From: Craspedostauros australis
Lineage: Eukaryota
NCBI GenBank assembly: GCA_030167865.1
Contig: JALAGF010003220.1
Location: 1 to 34,978 of the forward strand
DNA: 34,978 nt
Reading direction: 5' to 3'
Shown: positions 1-10,955 of the stretch, in pieces
Layout: each line of letters begins with the position of its first letter
Numbering within the stretch: the first letter of the stretch is position 1
The notes under the pieces: model-generated
The model's input: the letters and a program-made list of their open reading frames with translations, nothing else
Database searches by the model: none
What the model was told of the DNA's origin: nothing
Position numbers and translations under genes: made by a program

Positions 1-191
1 TTATGGGGTATGTCCTTAGGGTTCTGAATTCCTTATGTGGCCTTGTTTGCAGCGGAAATTGCCTGCGCCAGAAGGTTCCAGTTATACAATGAGAGAAGCC
101 ACCACACTGGAGGACCATGTTGGTCTGGCATGCGATCTCGCCACCTACACGTGGAGGCCATATAGTGCTGTTGATGCGAACCCAAAAGAAG

Positions 192-223
192 TGACAAATT
201 TGGCACATGTGCCAAATTTGTCA
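192..223. repeat. Perfect 32-bp palindrome
   Basis: TGACAAATTTGGCACA|TGTGCCAAATTTGTCA is its own reverse complement with no spacer. Confidence 0.95.
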
Positions 224-2726
224 GCAAAAAACTCATTAGGGATATTCAAGAAAATTGGTCGCGGTTGTGATCTTGAATGTCGTTGCGCTCGCTCCGAAAC
301 GAAACTGCACTGTTCTGGCATCGATCTGTCAACCATCCTACGGAACGCCCCATCATGCATCATGACGGAGGACAAGTTCGCGGGGAAGCAGCCAACCAGC
401 ACCATGGAAGTGAAGTCTATCACGGTCCTCGTAATCGTGCTTGTACACCGTGGCTCGTACGAGCACAAGCGCGCAAGATGATGACATCAGCATGCTGCTG
501 TGACTGGTATTGTTCAGAACATGGAGACAAAACCAGTTTGACCGAAAGGTCGAAAGCGTGGCAGAGTAGAGCAGAGCACATCGGAGAGACGAAGCTGTCC
601 TTTGTTGTTGGTTCTGACCATTTGGTCCAGTTTGGCGTTGTTGGTTGGTCGTAGCTCGCGCGAGTCCGAGCACGAGCACGAGCACGAGTATGTCTCTGTC
701 TCCAATTGAGGGGTCGGCAATTCGCACAGCTGAACCACGGCCTCACGACTCACGTCTTTGCTTTCGGCAGGCGGCCGCCAGAAGTTTGGCCTCTCGTGTC
801 TGATTTGCAATTCAGACGGTCATGGGTTTGCACAACCGCCGCGCAAGTCGGTCACTCTACCAAGTATTTGTATCGAATGTGTAGAGCAGAGTAGAGTGAG
901 TACCTCTCTCACTCTCTCTCTCTCTGCTGCTGCTACTCCACTATCCCGGCCTCGAAGGCGACGTGGTCACAGAGATGTCCAGTTTATAAGTTCGCTGCGA
1001 CGTTCGGTCCGGTGCTTGATGCTATTGAATGCGGAAGGTGCAGCGTCGATTGATAGACGACCACGGCGAATCTTTTGTGTTGGGAGTGATCGTGGTTGGG
1101 TGAGCTACGAGAGGTGCTGGCACAACTCATTCATGTTCGGGTCAATCCAATTGTAAAATAAGAGACGCAGACACACGAATAGAGAGAGACCGGCATCTGG
1201 GATCTGCGAGTACTGGTGGAATGATGAATTCGTGCCCGATGTCGGTCTCCTTGGCGCCTGCGACTTTTCCAACAGCCATGGGGGATTGATGGACAAACCA
1301 GACATGCGAGAACCAGCTGATGGATGCGGAGACGGACGGAGATGGTCAAGGCACGGAGGCACCGAACCTAGACACGTGCGGTAATGTTGGATGACGTTCA
1401 CGATCACACACTCTACTGACACTACACTATTGGACTGTCATACTGCAAAAATACACCCTCGGCGAGGACTCGTACGCTGACTTCCACAACCTCGATCAAT
1501 TTTTGTCGTCCTGTCACTGTTCGTCCGTGTATGGTGTAATTCGCAGAACACCCATGGCATCCTACGCACAAGCATTGGTACCACCGCCGCAACCTCGCAA
1601 TTCACAATAGAAAGAACATTGCAAACAGACATTCCACAGTTATTCCTGTCTCGCTACGTTTCTTGTCTGCGCTATCAATACGAGTTGACAGTAGATGGAA
1701 AACAGCGCAATGGCGGTGTTATCCACGCCAGCTTATTGGATTGCACAGAGTAAGTGTGTGTGCCATAGATCGTATTTTATGTCGTGCCATACATACTCAC
1801 AAGTTTGGATTGGTGATCACATCCAAGCACCCGAGCACCCGAGCACAGGATTCTCTCCGCAGACCCGCGGACGGAGGAAGCGAGCAAGAGAGGATGTTGG
1901 CATGCCCTTCATTTCTCCACCTTTTCGCGACGACGGTGAAGAGGAGCGTTTGTCGCCGAGCACACGATTCTGCCACAGGCGGCGCAATTGGATGGATTCC
2001 GCCACCAAGATCGGGCGATGGACTGTCCACGACGGTGCGACGCATCTGTGACCTGAAAAGCGCATCGTCGTTTACCTCTGAGCGATGGATGGTGTGCCGC
2101 TGCACGCAAGAAGTGTGTCGTTGCTGTTTGGCCACAAACTCGGCTCGTCGCTGTACACTTCGAGTACTATGTGCGCAGATCCGTCTCTTTCCCGCGGAAC
2201 CATTTCTTCAGCACGAGTACGACCGTGGGTGGTACGCAGGACCGCGCTACCTGCATTTCTATGCTCCTTGAAGTGCAGCGGATCACTTGGTCCATGAAGA
2301 ACGCTTGCAAATGCTTCGGATTGTGGTGCGTCAGGGGTTCGCCTTCATTGGACGCATTCGTATTCGTATTCGCTGGTCACGTCAGATGATCCCGGATTTC
2401 ATTGGTCTTGCTTCACGATCGTGACACTTCTGCGAGGTGACGACAAGTTCGACCACATGTGAAAGTCATGGTAGTCGAAAGATGCTTTCCAAACCCACAT
2501 GAAAACAACCCAGTCGTGAACAGTGACAGCAGCAACAACTTCCGCGCATGATCTCGATCCAAATCGCGTGATCGGACCCAACCTGTATCCGACGATGGTC
2601 GGTCTCCAAAGCTCATTGTGTTTGAGAGATGCTCACGAGTTATATTCCATTGGAGCACGAGCTACAGGACAGTAGTGGAAAGAACGATCGCAACATCAAG
2701 GCAAAGGGAACAAAAGCAGCAGCAGG

Positions 2727-5042
2727 ATGGACTCGAGCGAAGGCAACGATGAGTACTCCACAGCTCGCAAGCTCGTGATGCGCGCGGCAAAGCGAGAGCA
2801 GGCACTGACTTCGTTGAAGGGGAAAGGGATGGCCGACGGCTCGGGCGGTCTGGCCTCGGGCATCGGTGCGGACTTCTCCAACATGAGGCTGAAGCCCGAT
2901 CACATCCAGCGACCGTGCTGGGTGTGCCCCGATGGCAACATCTACTTGGAGGCCTTCCACGATCTGTACACCCAGGCCTACGACTTCCTCGTCGCCATCG
3001 CGGAGCCAGTGGCGAGACCCGAATTCCTGCACCAGTACAAGCTCACGCCGTACAGCCTGTACGCTGCCGTGGCAACCAACATCGCAACCGAGAGCATCAT
3101 CTCCGTTCTGGAGCGCTTGTCCAAGAACGCGCTGCCGAAGGATGTGAAGAAGTTCATCCGGGATTGCACCACCAAGTACGGAAAGGCCAAGCTCGTTCTG
3201 AAGCACAACAAGTTCTACGTCGAGTCCGAGTACCCCATGGTGCTGCGAGAATTGCTAAGAGATCCCACCATCGCACAGGCCAGGGTGCAGGAGGATATCG
3301 ACAACGTCGATGAGCATGGCTTCATCACGCAGACGAAGGCGGAAGAAATGAAGGAGAACTTGCACATCCTGCGCGAACCTGACGAGGATTCGGACGAGGA
3401 GGAGGGAGGTGACTCGCAGCAGGCCGCGAAGCCCGCCACCGTGGTCTCGTTCCAGGTGGACGGCAGCAAGGTGGAGAGCGTCAAGCGCCAGGCCATCGAA
3501 CTAGACTACCCGCTCATGGAGGAGTACGACTTTCGCAACGATCACACAAACCCAAACATCCCCATGATGGACCTCAAGCCGATCACCAGAATCCGCCGGT
3601 ACCAGGAGCGTTCCCTCGCGAAGATGTTTGGTAACGGCCGCGCGCGATCCGGAATCATCGTGCTGCCGTGCGGTGCAGGCAAGACGCTGACGGGCGTGAC
3701 CGCCGCCCAGACCATCAAAAAGTCCGTGGTGTGCTTGGCGACCAACGCCGTCTCGGTCCTTCAATGGAAGTATCAGTTCCAGAAGTGGACCAACATCCCG
3801 GATGACCGCATCGCAGTCTTCACCAGCGACCAGAAGGAGAATCTGCACCCAGAGGCGTGCGTGCTGGTCACGACCTACACCATGATCTCGTATTCCGGAA
3901 ACCGGTCCGATCAATCGCAAAAGGTCATGGACCAGATCACGGGCCGCGAGTGGGGCCTGCTCCTCATGGACGAGGTGCACGTCGTCCCAGCCAAGATGTT
4001 CCGCCGCGTCATCGGCAGCGTCAAGGCGCACTGCCGGCTGGGCCTCACGGCGACTCTCGTGCGTGAGGATGACCTCATCTCCGATCTCAACTTCCTCATC
4101 GGTCCGAAGCTCTACGAGGCCAACTGGATGGATCTCACCGCTCAGGGGTACCTGGCGAACGTGCAGTGTATCGAGGTGTGGTGCCCCATGACGGGACCCT
4201 TCATGAAGGAATACCTCATGGCGACCAACGCCCGGCTGAAGCAGTTGCTCTACGTCATGAACCCTTCCAAGCTCCGCGCCGTTGAGTACCTGGTGCGATT
4301 CCACGAAAGCCGCGGCGACAAGATCATCGTCTTTTCCGACCTCGTGTACTCGCTCAAGCTGTACGCCGAGATGCTCGTGAAGCCATTGATCTACGGTGAG
4401 ACACCCGAGAAGGAGCGTCAGGCCATCCTGGGTACGTTCCGTTCGACGGACGCCGTGCGCACCATCTGTATTTCGAAGGTCGGAGACACGTCCATCGATC
4501 TGCCCGAGGCCAACGTCATCATCCAGGTCTCCAGCCACTTCGGTAGTCGTCGACAGGAGGCGCAACGCCTGGGACGTATCCTGCGTCCCAAGTCGTATAC
4601 GCAGACGGACGGCAGCAACCGCAGCAACTTCAACGCCTTCTTCTACACCCTCGTCAGTTCCGACACGCAGGAGATGTTCTACTCCGCCAAACGCCAGCAG
4701 TATCTCATCGATCAAGGTTACACCTTCAAGATCGTCACGAACCTCTGCGACAAGGCCGCGGAAGAGGCCGTCAAGAACAACTATGCCTACAGCACCCCGG
4801 AAAAAGATCGCGAGCTTTTGCGCACCGTTCTGACCTCCGAGAGCGACCTCGAGAAGGAGCAGAAGGCGGAGGACACCGCCATCCGCAAGAGCAACCAAGA
4901 CGGTGCGGCCATGGCCGATGCCGGTGTGAAACGCTCCGTCGGATCCTCCATGGCACAGATGAGCGGAGGATCCGGCATGCGGTACCGCGAGGTTTCCAAG
5001 TCGAAGAAGCATCCGCTGTTCCGCAAACGTCAACGGCGGTAG
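2727..5042 (+). CDS. XPB: TFIIH XPB DNA helicase/translocase (ERCC3/SSL2 ortholog), single exon, 771 aa
   Basis: N-terminal RPCWVCPDGNIYLEAF...EPVARPEFLHQYKLTPYSLYAA; Walker A LPCGAGKT; DEVH box; LGLTATLVREDD; motif VI QEAQRLGRILR. An in-frame TAG at 2673-2675 fixes the start. Confidence 0.97.
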   Translation: MDSSEGNDEYSTARKLVMRAAKREQALTSLKGKGMADGSGGLASGIGADFSNMRLKPDHIQRPCWVCPDGNIYLEAFHDLYTQAYDFLVAIAEPVARPEFLHQYKLTPYSLYAAVATNIATESIISVLERLSKNALPKDVKKFIRDCTTKYGKAKLVLKHNKFYVESEYPMVLRELLRDPTIAQARVQEDIDNVDEHGFITQTKAEEMKENLHILREPDEDSDEEEGGDSQQAAKPATVVSFQVDGSKVESVKRQAIELDYPLMEEYDFRNDHTNPNIPMMDLKPITRIRRYQERSLAKMFGNGRARSGIIVLPCGAGKTLTGVTAAQTIKKSVVCLATNAVSVLQWKYQFQKWTNIPDDRIAVFTSDQKENLHPEACVLVTTYTMISYSGNRSDQSQKVMDQITGREWGLLLMDEVHVVPAKMFRRVIGSVKAHCRLGLTATLVREDDLISDLNFLIGPKLYEANWMDLTAQGYLANVQCIEVWCPMTGPFMKEYLMATNARLKQLLYVMNPSKLRAVEYLVRFHESRGDKIIVFSDLVYSLKLYAEMLVKPLIYGETPEKERQAILGTFRSTDAVRTICISKVGDTSIDLPEANVIIQVSSHFGSRRQEAQRLGRILRPKSYTQTDGSNRSNFNAFFYTLVSSDTQEMFYSAKRQQYLIDQGYTFKIVTNLCDKAAEEAVKNNYAYSTPEKDRELLRTVLTSESDLEKEQKAEDTAIRKSNQDGAAMADAGVKRSVGSSMAQMSGGSGMRYREVSKSKKHPLFRKRQRR

Positions 5043-6440
5043 GTTGGGCGCGCCATGCTTGCTGCGAAGCTCACATGCCATCCCACGCACGATACATACG
5101 AGTATGGCAACAAGCACAACGCATTGCATATGGCATAGTAGCACGATCAACGGAATTCTAAAAAAGAAAAAGAAACAATGAATATACTTGGATCAAACAA
5201 TGGAGAGACATGCGTCTACTTCCCATGCTCTCGTGATATCCTTGTGTGCACTTCTATACTCTCTATGCTCGCAGCGTATTCAATCCATCCTGTTTGCAGC
5301 ATCAGCAACGTCTGGACCATCGCGACCTGCCAAGAGCGACACAAGTGGTCCGCCAGGTTGCACGCTAAAATTATGGACGTGTACAGATGGGTTATGGGTC
5401 GCAGTTGCAACCGCAACCAACCACAATTTGGTTTCGGATCTTTGGCCATCCCGAACATGTTGAACATCAACACAATCGGGAACACAAAGCAGAACAAGAA
5501 CACACTCGACGATGGGGCCAACTACCACAAATCGATGATCGTCCACGAAAGTGTAGAGTATGGTATTATACTAGACGACACCATGACCAGGAGCAGGCAC
5601 AACACCTCACCAGATGGGACAGGCATCATTCTCTTCAAACCGTAGTCTTCATGGGCAGTCTGAGGGTCGAGCATGAAGTATCGCATGAAGTCAAGCTTCG
5701 TTGTGCAGCAGTTCCAGCATGGCACCAGGACATGGCAGGTACGTAATCGGACAACGCCCTATTGTTGCAGAGAAAGACACTGATTGAACAATGCAATGCA
5801 ATGCAACACAACGCACATTCGTATTCGGGATGACGAAGAACCATACTCTATGCACTTAGCGACAATGCGCAATTCGTTGTGTATTTCGGACGTCGTTTTG
5901 ATGTCGGCATGTGAGAGGAAGATACAAGTCTTAAGTTTTAATTTCTAACCGAAGAGATGTGTGCATGTGGAAAGGGAAGAACTGAGTTGCAACGTCTCAC
6001 TCATCGAAGATCCTGGAGTCTCACCTTGTGCTGTTGCCGTCGTTTTTGTTCACGCTCCCAAATTTCCAGTGCGCCCACCGTATGGGAACGCATTCTACAG
6101 GGATCTCATAGATCGTAGACATGGTGATGGCACCTGCGATTCCTACAGAAGAAGCAAGCTCCAGCACAAAACGTTGGTATGATGCAGAATACTGTTTGCA
6201 TACCGTGTTCAGAAATTGCATCCCGCGTCCTCCGCAGTGCTATGTTGAGATTTGAATGCACTGGCTCGGTCGCCTACCAACGAGTAATCCAGCACTCTGT
6301 AGCAATTGCCTGCCCTTTCGGGACAGTTTATTTTGTGAAATCAACGTTAAATTTGCTGAACCCGCTGAATGGTGAATGAATTGAGTTGAATTACGGGTGT
6401 ATGTTACCATGCTCCGTCGCAAAGTTGCATATCGCGGCGA

Positions 6441-6517
6441 AAGATTCCACTTCTTTTTCAGTCAAAGATCCCATGTTGAGCATCTTGCCTTTGACGTCAT
6501 TCCGATTCTTGAATCCT
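6441..6517 (-). promoter_or_regulatory. Candidate SECIS element in the MsrA 3' UTR
   Basis: Minus strand: AGGAUUC/GAAUCUU helix I; AUGAC (6500-6496)...UGAA (6460-6457) non-Watson-Crick core; GUCAAAGG/UCUUUGAC helix II; unpaired AA then an AUG/CAU mini-stem. About 250 nt past the stop. Core-to-AA spacing (9 nt) is shorter than typical. Confidence 0.65.
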
Positions 6518-6765
6518 TCCGATCGCAACCGCACCAATGATCGAGAACGACCGTGATCATCAGTTAACAACCAAACAAATGATTGCTTGGCTAATTGGGT
6601 ATGGGGGGACTCTTGTTTCCCTTGCCCCGCCCATCTCCCGTCTCTCCAATCTTTTTATCCATTGCAGAATGCATTATTTTGACATGCGAATGCTCACGAC
6701 GCCGCAATCGTATGGTAGAGTATGTATGGTGCAATACCTGCCTGCCTGTCTGCCTCCCTGCCTGT

Positions 6766-7410
6766 CTACATGAGCATCTTGTCCAAATACTTTTGATGGT
6801 ACTCCTCGGCACGGTAGAAGTCCGATCCATCCTCCACAGCAACCATCTCGGCCATGGCTTTGCCGCGCATGCGCAAGGCCCGCTCGGCAAGACGCCGCTG
6901 CTCCTCCGTATGCACGAAGATGGCGGAACGGTACTGCGTGCCGCACCAACGCGGATCGGCCGGCGTGTGGAACTGGAAGAACATGTGCAGGAGCTCGCTG
7001 TAGTCCACGACGTCGGGATCGAACTCAACGCGGATGGATTCTGCATAATCCAGGATGTTCTGGTAGGTGGGATTGGGAGTATCCTGCGGATTCTTGGAAC
7101 CGCTGTATCCGACCACCGTCGATTGCACGCCCTTGACGCGATCGTAATCACGCTGAGGGCCCCAAAATCATCCCATGGCGACCTCGAAGATCGTGGAGGG
7201 GTCCGTGACGGGCGGCAGGAGCGGGCAGATGCTGTTCGCGGCGGTCGCGGCGTTGCTGTTGCCACCGTTGTTGAAGAACGATGACATGCCCAATTGGGAC
7301 GCTGCGCCATTTCTGGCAACAGTGGTCTTGCCGTTTGGAAGGGAGGGGCTGAAGGCGGCTGCGGAGCACAGCGCCAGAAGCAACGTCAGCGTTCTCATTG
7401 TCACCATCAT
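6766..7410 (-). CDS. msrA: Selenoprotein methionine-S-sulfoxide reductase A, predicted plastid-targeted, 214 aa with Sec at TGA 7170-7168
   Basis: Reads ...AMG-TGA-FWGPQRDYDRVKGVQSTVVGYSG...PTYQNILDYAESIRVEFDP...GTQYRSAIF...FYRAEEYHQKY. TGA occupies the catalytic Cys position of GCFW, and the two track ORFs (7168-7509, 6766-7128) are in frame. N-terminal LLLALCSAAA-FSP signal/transit motif. Confidence 0.92.
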
Positions 7411-8073
7411 CTTGCACACGATCGTGGGTATGTGCGAGTACTCGTGTTCAAGCACTCCACAAACACGTCGCCGATGACCTTGCTGCTGTTGCTGCTGCTG
7501 CTGTATCAACTTGTATTGGTGGTTGTGTTTGTGGTTCCAACAACGAGCGCGATGGTGATCACGGTGGTGGTCGTTCCTTGGATGTCCTTGCTTGCCGATG
7601 ACGATTGTGTCTCTGGACGTGTTCGCGTGTCAATCGTTGCCAACGAAGAAAACAGAGTTTGTCGGAACTAGTGATTCACCATTCCCGCTCCAATCGGAAG
7701 GAGCCAATTCAATCCTGTTTCCGAGTGAATGAAATGGTTGTTCTCATTTGCTAGGGACTGAGAGTCATTGGGGACTGCGGTATCCAGAGACACCAAAATG
7801 ACCAAAACGCTGGCTTTGTGCGCGGTTTTCATGCAAAACAGTTCTTCGGCATTTCTGTCGCTCTGTTCCCTCCTTGGTTGTTGTGTGGTGCGGGCGCCAT
7901 TCCGCACATCAATGTCCAGACTGGTGCAAGGTATAACACCTCTCTGGAGAAGCCGCTGCTTGTACATACACCACAAGTCAGAACGGCGCGCAAGCAACCA
8001 CCAGACCACCAGATCACAAAGGCCTAAAGGAACAGACAAGTACGCGTGCATAAAGGCCAAGTATTCTATTCTA

Positions 8074-8113
8074 TTGTGTTGTGTTGTGTTGTGTTGTGTT
8101 GTGTTGTGTTGTG
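8074..8113 (+). repeat. (TTGTG)n microsatellite upstream of the RING gene, possibly in a 5' UTR intron
   Basis: About 8 tandem TTGTG units, followed by CACTACAG (acceptor-like). Confidence 0.8.
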
Positions 8114-8141
8114 CACTACAGCAGAAATAACGAAGACAATC

Positions 8142-9620
8142 ATGGGCTCGGACGAGAAGACGTCGAGCAAGAAGAAAAAGAAGGACGAGGAGGCCAAGAA
8201 GAAGAGCAAGAAGAAGAAGAGCAGCAGCGACGGCGACGCCAAGAAGAAGTCGGAGAAGAAGCCGTCGTCCAAATCGAAGAAGTCGAGCACCAAGAATGGC
8301 GCGAAGGACAGCAGCAAGGATGCCAAGAAGAGCAAGAAGAAGAGCAGCAGCGGCAAGTCCAAGAAGTCCAGCAGCAAGAGCAGCAGCAAGGATGCCAAGA
8401 AGGAGGTGAAGGAGGGCGTCTGCGTCATTTGCAAGGATGAGACCGTCCCGGCAACCCTCATCGTCGTCGGCAGCCACTGTCGCCACAACTTCTGCCTGGA
8501 TTGCCTGGAGCACCGGCTGGCGAGGCCCATCCCAGGTGAGCCCAAGCCGGAGGACAACCATCTGGGAGCTCCCACGCTGGGACGCTGTCCCGAATGCAAC
8601 GAGGAGCTGCGCAAGTTCGGCGTCAAGGAGTTGAAGAAATCCAAGCTCTACTACACCAAGGATTTCGACATCGCCGAGTCGCCTTTGGCCGGCAAGGTCT
8701 ACCATCGCAAGAAGACCGACAGCGAGCGTCCGCCGATCGGCTCCTTCCACTTCGATTCCGACGAGAAGGACGACAAGGGACGCATGCGACCTTTCATGGA
8801 CTTCTCGGAGGCCATCGACCATGATGAGAAGGAGGAGGTCTGGGTCCTCAACAACGGCGAGCCGGTCCCCGATCGAAAATTCTTCGACCCCGGCTGCCAT
8901 TACGACGCCTACACGCGCACCTTCCACGGATCCATATCGTGGAAGCCCTGCCGATTCCACGGCAGCCACCGATGGGACATCATCCTGGGCTTCGCCAAGG
9001 ACTTCTCCTTCTTGCGCGTCGGCCTCATCCACAAACGCAAGGAACGGTGCGGCGTCGTCACCATGTCCTCCGACAAGAACCGCCTGCTCTACCCCCTCGA
9101 CGGCAGGTGGAAGCTCACGTGGAACAACGCCGACGGCGAGGAGCAGACCGGCACGGTCAACGTCCGCAACAACGAGTTCCGCCAGGGTCCCTACACCTTC
9201 AATCTCATGCTCGACGATCCTTCAACGCCAGGATTCCGCTGGCCGTTGGATCCCATCTACGCTTCGTCCAAATCAGGATTGGATCTTGGTGAGAAGCCGA
9301 AGGGTCCCGGCATCGGCAAGAAGGTCGTGTGGGAGACCACGCATCCCAGCTTCCCCATCATGAAGTGGCATCGCGAGACGATCGGCGAGATGCCCATCCA
9401 GGCCACGGAGCATCTCGGTCCGCCGCCGTACGAGTACATCGAGCAGAGCAACATGGAAGGCGGTGCTGCGGGCAAGGGCGGTGGCGAGGATTCGGACTCG
9501 GATGAGGATTCCACCGGCTGGGATGACACGGTTTCGGATTCCGAATCGGAGTCGGAAGAGAGCAGCTTTGAAGGATCTTCGGATGACGACTCGGACGACG
9601 ACGATGATGATTCGGATTAG
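8142..9620 (+). CDS. C3HC4 RING-finger protein with Lys/Ser-rich N-terminus, uncharacterised central domain and acidic tail (492 aa)
   Basis: CVIC...CRHNFCLDC...CPEC RING pattern; strong GC3 codon bias; ATG 8142 (MGSDEK) chosen over the track start, which lies in microsatellite. Confidence 0.85.
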   Translation: MGSDEKTSSKKKKKDEEAKKKSKKKKSSSDGDAKKKSEKKPSSKSKKSSTKNGAKDSSKDAKKSKKKSSSGKSKKSSSKSSSKDAKKEVKEGVCVICKDETVPATLIVVGSHCRHNFCLDCLEHRLARPIPGEPKPEDNHLGAPTLGRCPECNEELRKFGVKELKKSKLYYTKDFDIAESPLAGKVYHRKKTDSERPPIGSFHFDSDEKDDKGRMRPFMDFSEAIDHDEKEEVWVLNNGEPVPDRKFFDPGCHYDAYTRTFHGSISWKPCRFHGSHRWDIILGFAKDFSFLRVGLIHKRKERCGVVTMSSDKNRLLYPLDGRWKLTWNNADGEEQTGTVNVRNNEFRQGPYTFNLMLDDPSTPGFRWPLDPIYASSKSGLDLGEKPKGPGIGKKVVWETTHPSFPIMKWHRETIGEMPIQATEHLGPPPYEYIEQSNMEGGAAGKGGGEDSDSDEDSTGWDDTVSDSESESEESSFEGSSDDDSDDDDDDSD

Positions 9621-10042
9621 AACAAAGTGAGCAAAGCGAGATTTGAGGAGTGGTCAGGCTGTTCCATGGTAAAATACTCTACGTATACTATTAGTGCTAT
9701 TCTTCAGTACAAATGGATTATTCTACTCATGCAAGTTCTAATGAGATCATGGATTGTTGATAATCATACTCTCTACTATATTCACAAGAATCATCCCTTT
9801 ACATGCATACGCACTCGTTGCGTGCCGGCCAGCATTGAAAGTCCTCATTTCAATACGAGGAGTAATGCTAAATTAATGGGGACTGAACCTTAAGATTTGG
9901 TTGCCATGACAATCCATGAAGCAAAACTCGTAGCGGTGTGCTTAGGGCGATTACCACGGGCTCCCATGGATGATGTCCTACTGGAGGATCCATCCAGCGA
10001 TCACATCCCATTCAAGCCATTCCAAAGCCATCCATCTCAACT

Positions 10043-10582
10043 TCACGACGATGCCGATTCGATGACCTCCGCCAACTGCGACATGGCCTTCTTTGCGAAT
10101 TCCTTGGGCTCCTTAATCTTGACCTTGCCATTGCCGGGCTGGAAGTAAACGAAGACGTTGTCGTACGTGATCTGATCGCACAGCTGCAGATTGTAGGCCA
10201 ATTCATCCTTTAGTTCGAACAGCTCGATGTTGCCCGTGGATTTGGCCAGCTGCAAGACGGGGTTCTGCGAATCGCCCAAGTTCCACAGCTTGTTGACGGG
10301 CGGCGTCTTGAGGATGCTGCGCACCTTGTCCCATTGCTGGTCTTCGAGAAGATCCGGGATGGGCTGCAGCTTGTCCTGGCTGTCGCGCAGATCCTGCAAC
10401 AAGGCGTCGGTGCTGGCCGCCACGGCCGGTGCGGGTGTGATGGACAATGCCGTCGTGAGGAAGGCGGCCGAGGTCGCGTCCTGCAGCAGAGATCGTCGCG
10501 ACGTCGGCTGTTGGTTGTTCGTCCATGCCATGCATGCGGCGCATGTGGCGACCAGTAGGAGGAAGGTGCGTTGCGGATTCAT
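10043..10582 (-). CDS. Thylakoid-lumen PsbQ-like protein with tripartite presequence (179 aa)
   Basis: Signal peptide ending CMA-W, twin-arginine SRRSLL, hydrophobic stretch and AVA cleavage; mature region LLEDQQWDKVRSIL resembles PsbQ-like helical bundles. Confidence 0.75.
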   Translation of the reverse strand: MNPQRTFLLLVATCAACMAWTNNQQPTSRRSLLQDATSAAFLTTALSITPAPAVAASTDALLQDLRDSQDKLQPIPDLLEDQQWDKVRSILKTPPVNKLWNLGDSQNPVLQLAKSTGNIELFELKDELAYNLQLCDQITYDNVFVYFQPGNGKVKIKEPKEFAKKAMSQLAEVIESASS

Positions 10583-10600
10583 GGCGTGTTTGTCGAGTAT

Positions 10601-10725
10601 GGAGTAATTCGATCGTGGAGCTTGGGGCTCGGAGTGTGGAGCACGGAGCGTGGAGCGCGGAGCAGTTCGACAGTGAAGCTTGGAGCGTGGAACACGGAAT
10701 GTGGAGCAGTTCGATTGTGGAGTAG
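10601..10725. repeat. Imperfect GGAG-based tandem repeats upstream of the PsbQ-like ATG
   Basis: Repeated GGAGYRY heptamers and three GGAGYARTTCGA..GTG(G/A)AG units. Confidence 0.7.
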
Positions 10726-10955
10726 TCCGATCGTATTTTGTGAGGGTTACGATGTTGCTTCGCCTTTGTCTGTTGTGGGCAACAAAATAGCGCTGAGACG
10801 AAATGAGATGAGATGAGGTGTGGTGGGATGTGATGCCGTGCTATTTTGTTCTGCGTTGGTGGAACCGTCAACAAAGAGAGTCATCTCTCGTTCGTCATCG
10901 GCATGATCGGTGTCACCACCAACGCAGCCAGGCCAAAATGTGGCGCTTGCAATTT

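Noticed and set aside
16-21. TTAGGG telomere-like hexamer at the window start
   Set aside because: Single copy only.
33-2660. Many short overlapping ORFs before XPB
   Set aside because: No domain motifs, consistent codon bias or convincing splice chain.
3501-5150. 549-aa minus-strand ORF (likewise 7668-9032, 16037-16918, 18584-20047)
   Set aside because: Antisense shadows of GC3-rich real genes; no recognisable motifs.
5178-5844. 155-aa and neighbouring ORFs after XPB
   Set aside because: No recognisable protein features; cannot be supported as a gene.
6515-6560. Alternative SECIS starting at AUGAU (6560)
   Set aside because: Weaker stem register and no apical AA; the 6441-6517 candidate fits better.
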